NCBI RefSeq assembly: GCF_046262535.1
Contig: NZ_JBHEMO010000021.1
Location: 19,132 to 83,131, forward strand
Origin: Jatrophihabitans sp.
GTDB taxonomy: Bacteria > Actinomycetota > Actinomycetes > Mycobacteriales > Jatrophihabitantaceae
Direction of reading: 5' to 3'
Length of the DNA: 64,000 nucleotides
The first letter of the stretch is position 1. Each line of letters begins with the position of its first letter. Made by a program: the position numbers and the translations under genes. Of the stretch, positions 22,127 through 31,544 are shown piece after piece. A model generated the notes under the pieces. That model was not told where the DNA came from, ran no database searches, and was given only the letters and a program-made list of their open reading frames with translations.

Positions 22127-22540
22127 ATGTCGGTCGCCACCGAGCTCGTCCCGACCGTCTCGATCCCGGATCGGGCGCGGCCCTACGTCCTCGCCCCGCC
22201 GCCGGAGCGGTTGGCAACGGTCACCGCTCTCCGGCCGCCACGCGATGCGGCCGGCCTGGCGCCGGTCCGCCTCACGCGCCGCGGCGTCGTCGTGCTGGCG
22301 CTGGTGGTACTCGCCGTCGCCTCCGGACTGGTCTGGCTGGCCGCCGCCTCCGCGCCCCGGGCCGCGACGCCTTCGGCCCCGCCCCGAGCCGTCACGGTGC
22401 AGGCAGGCGACACCCTCTGGTCGATCGCCACTCGCGTCGCGCCGCAGCGCGATCCCCGGGCGGAGGTCGCTGCCCTCCAGAAGCGCAACGGCCTCACCGA
22501 CGTCGAGCTGGTCCCGGGGCAGGTCCTGCGGGTTCCGTAG
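22127..22540 (+). CDS. LysM membrane protein (ChiZ/YneA-like SOS division inhibitor)
   Basis: VRLTRRG + TM + LysM (VTVQAGDTLWSIA); divergent from lexA. Confidence 0.85.
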   Translation: MSVATELVPTVSIPDRARPYVLAPPPERLATVTALRPPRDAAGLAPVRLTRRGVVVLALVVLAVASGLVWLAAASAPRAATPSAPPRAVTVQAGDTLWSIATRVAPQRDPRAEVAALQKRNGLTDVELVPGQVLRVP

Positions 22541-22623
22541 GTCGGCGATCGCCCGACGCCGGCCGGGTTGGCGACCTTGCCCATTGACGAGTGACCAATT
22601 TCTCGTTCCTCGGCGTTTCGCTC

Positions 22624-22652
22624 TTGCGGAACATCGATCCCCGCTCTAGCGT
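22624..22652 (+). promoter_or_regulatory. SigA-type promoter of nrdR-nrdJ
   Basis: TTGCGG-N17-TAGCGT. Confidence 0.6.
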
Positions 22653-22655
22653 TCA

Positions 22656-22703
22656 ACCCAACATGTAGTAGTTACACCGATGTACTTCGTCCACAAGTTG
22701 GGG
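22656..22703. promoter_or_regulatory. Paired NrdR boxes
   Basis: Cores CAACATGTAG (22659) and CCACAAGTTG (22691), 32 bp apart, versus CwAtATaTwG. Confidence 0.6.
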
Positions 22704-22832
22704 TTTCTCGTCCACAGGTTGTCAACAGTGGCACGAGGTTTACGCACACCGACGTCCCCAGGTTGTCGACAGTTTCATCCACAGCTGGACGGTTCGCCGG
22801 CCGGCAGACGCGCAGAGAGGGGAGCGGCACCG

Positions 22833-23294
22833 ATGCGATGCCCGTACTGCCGCCACCCGGATTCCCGCGTCGTCGACTCCCGTGAGCACGACGAAGGTCA
22901 GGTCATCCGCCGGCGCCGGTCCTGCCCGGAGTGCGGACGGCGCTTCACCACCGTCGAAGAGGCGACGCTCGCGGTCATCAAGCGCAGCGGGGTCACCGAG
23001 CCGTTCAGCCGCCAGAAGGTGGTCAGCGGCGTGCGCCGTGCCTGCCAGGGTCGTCCGGTCGACGAGGACGCGCTCGCCCAGCTCGCCCAGGCCGTCGAAG
23101 AGGCGATCCGGGCCACCGGCGCCGCCGAGGTCCCGAGCGATGACGTCGGCCTGGCCATTCTCGGGCCGCTGCGGGCGCTCGACGAGGTCGCCTACCTACG
23201 GTTCGCCTCCGTCTACAAGGCCTTCACATCGGTCGAGGACTTCGAAAAGGCGATTCTCGAACTCCGCGCCGAGCATCGCGCGCACGCGCCCTGA
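22833..23294 (+). CDS. nrdR: Transcriptional repressor NrdR
   Basis: [22 protein letters not shown] zinc ribbon, ATP-cone, YLRFASVY. Confidence 0.97.
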   Translation: MRCPYCRHPDSRVVDSREHDEGQVIRRRRSCPECGRRFTTVEEATLAVIKRSGVTEPFSRQKVVSGVRRACQGRPVDEDALAQLAQAVEEAIRATGAAEVPSDDVGLAILGPLRALDEVAYLRFASVYKAFTSVEDFEKAILELRAEHRAHAP

Positions 23295-23409
23295 CGTCCC
23301 CACCGGCGCCGACGCACGGCGCCCCTCTGCATCCAGCACTCCCTGTCCTCAGCACCACCCGTTCCCGTCGGTCCTTGACCGGCAGCACCTCAGGAAGGAC
23401 GTCCCGCCC

Positions 23410-26319
23410 ATGACCGAGGCCGACGTGTCCCGCTCCACCGACTCCGACGCGGACGGCGGTTCTTCGACCGGCGCCGCAGTGCGCCGGAAGGCCCACGGCA
23501 AGCCCGCTTCGGCCGGACTCCGGGTCGACCGGGTCTACACGACCGCCGGCGTCCACCCCTACGACGAGGTGAGCTGGGAGCGGCGCGACGTCGTGATGAC
23601 GAACTGGCGCGACGGCTCGGTCAACTTCGAGCAGCGTGGTGTCGAGTTCCCCGACTTCTGGTCGGTGAATGCGGCCAACATCGTCACGACGAAGTACTTC
23701 CGCGGCGCCGTCGGCACCGACGTCCGCGAGTGGTCACTGCGTCAGCTCATCGACCGCGTCGTGCACAAGTACCGGGTCGCCGGCGAGGAGAACGGTTACT
23801 TCGCAACGGTCGAGGACGCCGAGATCTTCGAGCACGAGCTGACCTGGATGCTGCTGCACCAGGTGTTCAGCTTCAACTCCCCGGTGTGGTTCAACGTCGG
23901 CACGACGTCGCCCCAGCAGGTCAGTGCCTGCTTCATCCTTGCCGTCGACGACACAATGGACTCGATTCTGAACTGGTACCGCGAAGAGGGCCTGATCTTC
24001 AAGGGCGGGTCGGGGGCCGGCCTGAACCTCTCGCGCATCCGTTCGTCCAAGGAACTCCTCTCCTCGGGCGGCACGGCGTCCGGCCCGGTGTCGTTCATGC
24101 GCGGGGCCGACGCGTCGGCCGGCACGATCAAGTCCGGCGGGGCCACCCGGCGGGCGGCCAAGATGGTCGTGCTCGACATCGACCACCCCGACATCGAGGA
24201 GTTCGTCCAGACCAAGGCTCGCGAAGAGGACAAGATCCGTGTCCTGCGCGACGCCGGCTTCGACATGGACCTCGGTGGCGCCGACATCACCTCGGTCCAG
24301 TACCAGAACGCCAACAACTCCGTCCGGGTCAGCGACGAGTTCATGCGGGCGGTCGACGAGGGGACCGACTTCGGACTGCGGGCCCGCAGCACCGGCGAGG
24401 TCATCGAGACCGTCGACGCGAAGGACCTGTTCCGCAAGGTCGCGCAAGCGGCGTGGGAATGCGCCGACCCCGGCATCCAATACGACGACACCATCAATGA
24501 TTGGCACACCAATCCGGAGACCGGCCGGATCACCGCGTCCAACCCGTGCTCGGAGTACATGAGCCTGGACAACACGTCGTGCAATCTGGCCTCGCTGAAC
24601 CTGATGAAGTTCCTCGACGACGACAACACCTTCGCCTCGGACAAGTTCGTCAAGGCCGTCGAACTGATCATCACCGCGATGGACATCTCGATCTGCTTCG
24701 CCGACTTCCCGACCGAGGCGATCGGCGTCAACACCCGCGCCTACCGCCAGCTCGGCATCGGGTTCGCCAACCTCGGCGCGTTGCTGATGGCCTCCGGGCT
24801 CGCCTATGACTCCGACGGCGGGCGGGCGCTGGCGGCCGCGATCACCTCGCTGATGACCGGCACGGGCTACCGTCGCTCGGCCGAGATGGCCGGCGTGGTG
24901 GGTCCGTACGAGGGCTTCGCGCGCAACGCCAAGGCGCACGCGCGGGTCATGCGCAAGCACGCCGCGGCCAATGACACGGTGCGGTCGATGCACGAGCTCG
25001 ACCGTTCGGTGCTCGCCGTCGCGACCGAGGAGTGGGCGAAGGGCAACAAGATCGGCGAGGTCAACGGCTGGCGCAACGCGCAGGCCTCGGTTCTCGCGCC
25101 CACCGGCACCATCGGCCTGATGATGGACTGCGACACGACGGGCGTGGAGCCCGACCTCGCCCTGGTCAAGTTCAAGAAGCTGGTCGGCGGCGGGTCGATG
25201 CAGATCGTCAACCAGACGGTGCCGCGGGCGCTGCGCATCCTCGGCTATCAAGAGGAGCAGGTCGAGGCGATCGTCGAGTACATCGCCGAGCACGGTCACG
25301 TCATCGACGCGCCCGGCTTGCGCCTCGAGCACTACGAGGTGTTCGACTGTGCGATGGGCGCACGGCCCATCAAGGCCATGGGGCACGTCCGGATGATGGC
25401 GGCGGTCCAGCCGTTCCTGTCCGGCGCGATCTCCAAGACCGTCAACCTGCCCGAGACGGCCACCGTCGAGGACATCGAGGACGTCTACTTCCAGGGCTGG
25501 AAGCTCGGCCTGAAGGCATTGGCCGTCTACCGCGACAACTGCAAGGTGGGCCAGCCGCTGTCGGCCGGCAAGGGCGAGAACAAGGGGGCCGAGGCAACTG
25601 CGGCCCCGGCCGTCGAAAAGGTCGTCGAATACCGGCCGACCCGCAAGCGGCTGCCCAAGTCGCGCCCATCGCGCACGACCTCGTTCACCGTCGGCGGCGC
25701 CGAGGGGTACATGACCGCCGGCTCCTACCCGGACGACGGTCTGGGGGAGGTGTTCCTCAAGCTGGGCAAGCAGGGGTCGACCCTGGCCGGCGTGATGGAC
25801 GCGTTCTCCATCGCCATCTCGGTGGCGTTGCAGCACGGCGTGCCGCTCGACACCTACGTCCAGAAGTTCACCAACATGCGATTCGAGCCGGCCGGTCTGA
25901 CCGACGATCCGGACATCCGCATGGCCCAGTCGGTGGTCGACTACATCTTCCGCCGGCTGGCGTTGGATTACCTGGACTTCGACGCCCGGTCGGCCCTCGG
26001 GATCTACACCGCCGAGGAGCGCACCCGCCAGCTCGACACCGGTTCCTACGCACCGGCCGAGGACTCGGTCAGCGAAGAGGATCTAGAATCCCTCGCCCAG
26101 TCGGCACCGGTCACCAAGCCGGCCACCGAGGTGGTCGACGAGTCCGATGCCGCCGAACTGCCGGCTCCGGCCGGTGTCCGCAGCTCGACCGAACTGCTCG
26201 AGACGTTGCTGGGCAGCTCGGCCGACGCACCGCTGTGCATGAACTGCGGCACCAAGATGCGGCCCGCCGGCAGCTGCTTCGTCTGCGAGGGCTGCGGCAG
26301 CACGAGCGGCTGCAGCTAA
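23410..26319 (+). CDS. nrdJ: Vitamin B12-dependent class II ribonucleotide reductase
   Basis: FNSPVWFN..SACF, SNPCSEY, APTGTI, C-terminal TSCPD domain and CxxC..CxxC. Confidence 0.96.
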   Translation: MTEADVSRSTDSDADGGSSTGAAVRRKAHGKPASAGLRVDRVYTTAGVHPYDEVSWERRDVVMTNWRDGSVNFEQRGVEFPDFWSVNAANIVTTKYFRGAVGTDVREWSLRQLIDRVVHKYRVAGEENGYFATVEDAEIFEHELTWMLLHQVFSFNSPVWFNVGTTSPQQVSACFILAVDDTMDSILNWYREEGLIFKGGSGAGLNLSRIRSSKELLSSGGTASGPVSFMRGADASAGTIKSGGATRRAAKMVVLDIDHPDIEEFVQTKAREEDKIRVLRDAGFDMDLGGADITSVQYQNANNSVRVSDEFMRAVDEGTDFGLRARSTGEVIETVDAKDLFRKVAQAAWECADPGIQYDDTINDWHTNPETGRITASNPCSEYMSLDNTSCNLASLNLMKFLDDDNTFASDKFVKAVELIITAMDISICFADFPTEAIGVNTRAYRQLGIGFANLGALLMASGLAYDSDGGRALAAAITSLMTGTGYRRSAEMAGVVGPYEGFARNAKAHARVMRKHAAANDTVRSMHELDRSVLAVATEEWAKGNKIGEVNGWRNAQASVLAPTGTIGLMMDCDTTGVEPDLALVKFKKLVGGGSMQIVNQTVPRALRILGYQEEQVEAIVEYIAEHGHVIDAPGLRLEHYEVFDCAMGARPIKAMGHVRMMAAVQPFLSGAISKTVNLPETATVEDIEDVYFQGWKLGLKALAVYRDNCKVGQPLSAGKGENKGAEATAAPAVEKVVEYRPTRKRLPKSRPSRTTSFTVGGAEGYMTAGSYPDDGLGEVFLKLGKQGSTLAGVMDAFSIAISVALQHGVPLDTYVQKFTNMRFEPAGLTDDPDIRMAQSVVDYIFRRLALDYLDFDARSALGIYTAEERTRQLDTGSYAPAEDSVSEEDLESLAQSAPVTKPATEVVDESDAAELPAPAGVRSSTELLETLLGSSADAPLCMNCGTKMRPAGSCFVCEGCGSTSGCS

Positions 26320-26335
26320 CCGCAAGCGCAGTTAC

Positions 26336-26375
26336 CCGCACGGCCCGGTCCTCAGCAGAGGGTCGGGCCGTGCGG
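26336..26375 (+). terminator. Stem-loop after nrdJ
   Basis: CCGCACGGCCCG/CGGGCCGTGCGG inverted repeat with an inner stem. Confidence 0.65.
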
Positions 26376-26505
26376 TCTGCCGAGCGGCGATCAACTCCTC
26401 CCGTGACGAGGTCGGGATTCGGTATCACCGCGGACTGCGCCGCCCTCATCCCCGTCACCATTCCCTGCGATCCGCGCGAGGAATGAGGGGCGAGGGGGAA
26501 ATGCG

Positions 26506-29445
26506 ATGCGACAGGACTTCGATGCGGCGCGAAACGTCTATCTCGATCGGGACCCGGGCGGAGTCGTGGCGCAGTTGCGTCATCTCGGCGCGCCCTTCGT
26601 CACAACTGCGCGCACACCTCAGCTTGCCGCGGCCGACTACCTGACCGGTTACGCCGACCTCCTCGAGATCGAACCGGCGCAGCTCGCCAATCTCGCCAGT
26701 TCACCGGCATCGATGCCGGAGAAGGCTCCCGTCGAGTTCCGCTACCTCACCGAGAAGTCGCAGTTCGACATGACCACCGTCGCCTACCAACAGACGGTTC
26801 TCGGCCTGCCGGTGTTCGAGGCGGGCGTGGCGGTCCAGATGAAAACCGACCCGTTCCAGGTCGTGAGCTCGCAGTCGACCCAGCACCTGGAGTTGGAGGT
26901 GAAGCGGCCCTCGGCCGACGCGGTCAAACGGGCACAGTCGATCTCGGTGGGACAACTGGCAACGACGCTCGGCCTGGCCGCTCGGGACGGCGGTAAAGGG
27001 CAGCCGGTGCGCAAGTCGTTACAGATCGAGCGTCGTCAGCTCGTGGTCTACCGGTACGACCCCGACCGTATCCAGCGCGATGCCCCGACGCGCGCCGGCG
27101 AGCTGCCCGCGACGAACGGGGACCACGCCGACGCCGAGCCGCATGGTGCGCTGCCCCGCCTGCCGCTGCCGCCGGTGCCGGACAACGTCCGTCCTGGACG
27201 GCACTACGTCTGTGTGAAGGTCGACTTCGCCCTCGCCCTGCCGCAGGCGGGCACCCTGCACTGGACGGCCATCCTCGACGTCGAGACGCTCGCCGCCCTG
27301 CACGTCCGCGCCTACGTGGACGACGTGAACGGCCTGGTGTTCGACGTGGACCCGGTCACCGACGCCAACGGTCCGGGGCCGACCGGAACCTCCGCAGCGC
27401 TCAACCCGATCCGGGTGTCGCAGCCACTGCTCGGCCTCGACGCACCGTCCAACGGCGTGCAGGCACTGACCGGCGACACGGTGGCGCTCATCGATTCAGA
27501 GACGCCGACGATCGCCGCGCCCACCGAGCCCACCGGCACGAACTTCGATTTCGATGCGCGCACGGACAACTTCTCCGCGGTGAACGCCTATGTGCACTGT
27601 GATCGGTTCTTCCGGATCGTCGACAGCATGGGCTTCACCCGCTCGAGTTACTTCGGGGGTACAACGTTCCCGACCTCGGTCGACTTCCGCGGCTTCGACT
27701 CCGTGAGCCCCCCGAATGCCCACTGTGTCGGCACGGCCGGCGGCACCGGAATCGCGCGCACCACGTTCCACCTTGCCGACGGCTCCGACACCGCTCACCC
27801 CATCGGTCTGGCTGACGACTTCCGGGTGGTGCTGCACGAACTCGGCGGGCACGGCGTTCTGTACAACCATGTGAGTTCGGCCAACTTCGGGTTCTCGCAC
27901 AGCGCCGGCGACAGCGTCGCGGCCATCCTGGGCGACCCGGGCTCGCAGGCCCCTGACCGCTTCCTCACCTTCCCGTGGGTCGCGAGTGTCATCTCCCGCC
28001 GGCACGACCGGCTGCCGAGCGGCGGTTGGGGTTGGGCCGGCACGATCGCGCTCAACCCGTTCGGCCCCGCGGACGGGGGCGGCTACAACAACGAGCAGAT
28101 CCTGTCGAGCACGATGTTCCGGATCTATCGCGCGATCGGCGGTGACTCGACCGATCTGAACACCAAGCGGTTCGCGGCGCGGATGACGGTGTATCTGATC
28201 CTGCGGGCCATCGCCACGCTGACGCCGGCAACCAACCCGAGCACCGCAGCCGGGTTCGAGACGGCTCTGGAGACGGCCGATGCCGGCGACTGGACGAGTG
28301 AGAACCTCACCGGCGGCGCGTACCGCAAGGTCATCCGCTGGGCGTTCGAGAAGCAGGGACTCTTCCAGCCGGCGGGCACGGCGACGCCGAACAACAATGC
28401 CGGGGCGCCGCCGGCCGTGGACGTCTACATCGAGGACGGGCGGGCCGGCGAGTACCAGTACCAGCCGGTCTTCTGGGAGAACCAGAGCATCTGGAACCGG
28501 CTGGCGGCCGACGGCGGCACGGCGCACCAGGACCCGATCACCAATCGGACCAACTACGCCTACGTCAAGATCAAGAACCGGGGCAGCCAGACGGCGACCA
28601 ATGTCGTCGTCAAGGCGTTCCACGCCAACCCGGCAGCCGGGCTGTCCTATCCGAACGACTGGATCCCGATGAGCACGGCGCAGCGCACCGCGGCCGATGT
28701 CGCGGCGAACAACGCGGCGGAGATCGTGGTCGGTCCCTTCGAGTGGACGCCGACCCACGTCGGACACGAGTGCATGTTCATGATCGTCTCCGCGACGGGC
28801 GACGAGTCAAACGTCGACCACATCGCGAGCGGCGATGCGATCCCGGAGTGGCGCCTCGTCCCGAACGACAACAACATCGGCCAGCGCAACGTCGCCCCGG
28901 TGCCCGGCGGAACGAGCGGGCTCACGGCGGAGTTCTCCGATCTCACCTTCGAGATGAAGAATCCACTGCCGGCTGCGGCGCTCATGCAGCTCGAGCACCG
29001 GTTGCCCCCGGTGTTGGCCGAACGTGGCTGGTCATTGGAGTTCCGCAATCGCGGTGGCGCGACGATGAAGCTCGCATCCGGGGAGAGCCGCGACATCGTG
29101 ATGCACCTGGTGCGTGGCAAGGACTTCAACCCGGCGGACGTGGACGCGGCAGCGGATCGCACGATCTATGTCGCGGCCCGGGCCAACGGGATCCTGGTCG
29201 GCGGCATGTCCTACGTACTCGATGCGTCGATCAGCCGACCCAACCGCCCGCACGGTGGCGAGAATCCGCCAGCTGGTGAGCACGGGCACCGCCACGACGA
29301 CACCTGTGCGTGCCACCACGACGAACGGGTCGACGGCCTGGGCGCCTTGCTGCTGCAATCGCTGCAACGGCGCCGCCCCCGCGTGCACGACGTCGAGATC
29401 AAGAAGGTGATCGTCGAGATCGACCTGGAGGACGACGACTGCTGA
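26506..29445 (+). CDS. Large M4/M36-like zinc metalloprotease homologue (FTP + PepSY-like propeptide, atypical catalytic site, C-terminal beta domains)
   Basis: AYQQTVLGLPVFEAGV propeptide, AVNAYVH, VLHELGGH, FSHSAGDS; no signal peptide visible. Confidence 0.6.
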   Translation: MRQDFDAARNVYLDRDPGGVVAQLRHLGAPFVTTARTPQLAAADYLTGYADLLEIEPAQLANLASSPASMPEKAPVEFRYLTEKSQFDMTTVAYQQTVLGLPVFEAGVAVQMKTDPFQVVSSQSTQHLELEVKRPSADAVKRAQSISVGQLATTLGLAARDGGKGQPVRKSLQIERRQLVVYRYDPDRIQRDAPTRAGELPATNGDHADAEPHGALPRLPLPPVPDNVRPGRHYVCVKVDFALALPQAGTLHWTAILDVETLAALHVRAYVDDVNGLVFDVDPVTDANGPGPTGTSAALNPIRVSQPLLGLDAPSNGVQALTGDTVALIDSETPTIAAPTEPTGTNFDFDARTDNFSAVNAYVHCDRFFRIVDSMGFTRSSYFGGTTFPTSVDFRGFDSVSPPNAHCVGTAGGTGIARTTFHLADGSDTAHPIGLADDFRVVLHELGGHGVLYNHVSSANFGFSHSAGDSVAAILGDPGSQAPDRFLTFPWVASVISRRHDRLPSGGWGWAGTIALNPFGPADGGGYNNEQILSSTMFRIYRAIGGDSTDLNTKRFAARMTVYLILRAIATLTPATNPSTAAGFETALETADAGDWTSENLTGGAYRKVIRWAFEKQGLFQPAGTATPNNNAGAPPAVDVYIEDGRAGEYQYQPVFWENQSIWNRLAADGGTAHQDPITNRTNYAYVKIKNRGSQTATNVVVKAFHANPAAGLSYPNDWIPMSTAQRTAADVAANNAAEIVVGPFEWTPTHVGHECMFMIVSATGDESNVDHIASGDAIPEWRLVPNDNNIGQRNVAPVPGGTSGLTAEFSDLTFEMKNPLPAAALMQLEHRLPPVLAERGWSLEFRNRGGATMKLASGESRDIVMHLVRGKDFNPADVDAAADRTIYVAARANGILVGGMSYVLDASISRPNRPHGGENPPAGEHGHRHDDTCACHHDERVDGLGALLLQSLQRRRPRVHDVEIKKVIVEIDLEDDDC

Positions 29446-29454
29446 GGTCCGGCC

Positions 29455-29481
29455 GGCGGGGGTGCCAGCGGCATCCCCGCC
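29455..29481. terminator. Bidirectional terminator-like hairpin
   Basis: GGCGGGGGTGCC-AGC-GGCATCCCCGCC between convergent genes. Confidence 0.65.
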
Positions 29482-29494
29482 GCCCGCGGCCGGG

Positions 29495-30031
29495 TCAGCC
29501 CTCGTGGTCCATCCGTTGGGCCGGGCCGCCACTTCGGTGCACCACGAACCGGGCCGGCTCGCGCAGGCTTTGACCGACGACACAGTACTTTTCCGTGGTC
29601 CGCGCGAGCCGATCCAGGGCCCCGTCGTCCGCATCGCAGTCCAGGTCGACGGTGACGACGATGTGCTGCACGCCGATCGGCGCGTCCCGGTCGACACCCA
29701 GCGTGCCGCGGGCATCGAAGAACCCGTCAGCGGCCAGGGAGGCCGACCGCAAGGGTATGCCGAGCGCGGCGGCCACGCTGCGCAGAGTGACACCAGCGCA
29801 CGCCAGCAGCGCCTGCAGCAACATGTCCCCGGAACAGGCGTCGCTCCCGTCACCGCCGGTCGCCGCATGCAACCCGGCGCGTACCGGCCCGGCCCAACCG
29901 TCCACGGTGCAGGTGATGCCCGCATCGCGGTAGTCGGCCCGCGCGGCCAAGGCCGTGCGAGCGGCGCTGGGATCCGCGCGGTACGTCGCCTTCAACGGTG
30001 CCTGTAGTTCTCGCAGCGTGGTCGAATCCAT
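29495..30031 (-). CDS. OsmC family protein
   Basis: GLHAATGGDG..CSGDMLLQALLACAGVT..TEKYCVV. Confidence 0.88.
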   Translation of the reverse strand: MDSTTLRELQAPLKATYRADPSAARTALAARADYRDAGITCTVDGWAGPVRAGLHAATGGDGSDACSGDMLLQALLACAGVTLRSVAAALGIPLRSASLAADGFFDARGTLGVDRDAPIGVQHIVVTVDLDCDADDGALDRLARTTEKYCVVGQSLREPARFVVHRSGGPAQRMDHEG

Positions 30032-30082
30032 GACTCAGTGTGCGGCACAACTGCGCAGTCCGTCAGATGGGCCGCGGACCCG

Positions 30083-30415
30083 CTACTTGGCCGGCAACGA
30101 CCGGGCGTAGGCCACGCCGCGGCTCACCCAGGCCGCCAGCTCCTCATCGGACGCGACGGCGTCCGGCCCGACGCGCAGCCAACCGTTCATCTCGCGGCCG
30201 CGCATCACGAACCGTTCGACATGCGGCGGGTCGACCAACGACTCGGTCTCGGCCGGGTCGACACGAAGCAGCAACCCGCCCTGGCCGCTCGCACTGACCG
30301 CCATGTTCCCGCCGATCAGGAACGCCAGACCACCGAACATCCGCTTCTCGCTCGTTCCCGGCTCGGTGGCCAGCACCTCGCGAAGCCGGTCGGCGAGGTC
30401 TTCGTCGTAAGCCAT
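30083..30415 (-). CDS. TfoX/Sxy N-terminal domain protein
   Basis: MAYDEDLADRLR..EKRMFGGLAFL..MRGREMNGWL. Confidence 0.9.
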   Translation of the reverse strand: MAYDEDLADRLREVLATEPGTSEKRMFGGLAFLIGGNMAVSASGQGGLLLRVDPAETESLVDPPHVERFVMRGREMNGWLRVGPDAVASDEELAAWVSRGVAYARSLPAK

Positions 30416-30472
30416 GACCGAAGTATCGCGTCGCCCACCGACACCGCCCGAAATATCCACTTCGCGGGGTAT

Positions 30473-31071
30473 CTCGAGAATCTGCCCTGGTTGGAACGGA
30501 CCGCGCGGCACCACGACGGCGTCGTCCGGGCGGCCTCGCGCCGGACGAGCACGATTCCATTGCGACTGGCGACGATCTGCGCGGACGACCCGGCCGCCGC
30601 CCGGCGGCTGGTCGAGCTCGGTGAGAGGGCCGCCGCGGCCCCCGACGAGCTGGAGGGCCGCGACGAGTGGGGCGTGAAGCTGTTCGCGTCGAAGAGTGTG
30701 AAGCCGTCGACCTGCGCCCCGCGGCCGTGCGGCACCCAGCGGTGTCGCCTACCTGCAACGGCGCCGGGAGCAACTCGAGCGCCGCACGGCCCGGACCGAA
30801 GCGGCGGCGCAGGACGCCGACGCCGTGTGCCGGGAGTTGGAGCGGTGGGCGGTGGGCGGTGCGGGCACACCGGCACCGTCCACAGGATCACCGCCTGACC
30901 GGCGTGGCCGCGCCGATGCTGCTCAACGCCGCTTTCCTGGTCGATCGGCACCGGGCCGACCAGTTCCGTCGTGCGGTCGATGAGTTGGCCGGCGTCCGGG
31001 CGCCGGACGCGATCGCGCTCACCGGCCCGTGGCCGCCGCCCTACTCCTTCGCCGCGCTGGAGCAGCAGCGA
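30473..31071 (+). pseudogene. gvpL: Gas vesicle protein GvpL/GvpF, 5'-truncated with at least 2 frameshifts
   Basis: LENLPWLE..IPLRLAT..EWGVKL (frame A), SGVAYLQRRR (frame B), HRPQD..LNAAFLV..GPWPPPYSF (frame C). Confidence 0.8.
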
Positions 31072-31265
31072 CCGCGGTCGCGGAACAGAGGGTGGCTCCG
31101 CAGGCGGCGTCGCTGGTCGACCTGCTCGACCAACTGATCGGCACCGGCGTGGTGCTCTCCGGCGAAGTCACGATCTGCCTGGCCGGGGTCGACCTTGTGA
31201 CGGTCAAGCTGCGCGCACTGATCGCGACGGTTGAGGGCGAGTCGGGGGAGATGGGCCGTGAGTGA
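31068..31265 (+). pseudogene. gvpS: GvpA/GvpS-family gas vesicle protein; probable original start lost (alternative GTG at about 31092)
   Basis: SLVDLLDQLIGTGVVLSGEVTICLAGVDLV..LRALIATV. Confidence 0.65.
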
Positions 31266-31544
31266 ACTGCGCGCGCGCTGCCGGATCGCATCGAGAGCGA
31301 CGCCGACTCGATCGAGCGCGACCTGTTCCGACTCGTCCTGACCATCGTCGAGTTGGTGCGCCAACTGATGGAGCGGCAGGCGTTGCGACGCATGGATGAC
31401 CTCGACGACGCGCGGGTCGAGGCACTCGGCACCGCGCTCATGCGGCTCGACGACGCAATGGCCGAGTTGCGGGGACGCTACGGGCTCAGCGTCGCCGACC
31501 TCAATCTGGATCTCGGCCCACTCGGGCGGCTCCTGGACCAATGA
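31258..31544 (+). pseudogene. gvpK: Gas vesicle protein GvpK, frameshift near the start
   Basis: IESDADSIERDLFRLVLTIVELVRQLMERQALRR..LNLDLGPLG; GTG at 31258 is out of frame across a (GC)5 run. Confidence 0.7.

Noticed and set aside
23295-23409. Cobalamin riboswitch before nrdJ
   Set aside because: Spacer is only 115 nt and shows no B12-box or other conserved cobalamin elements
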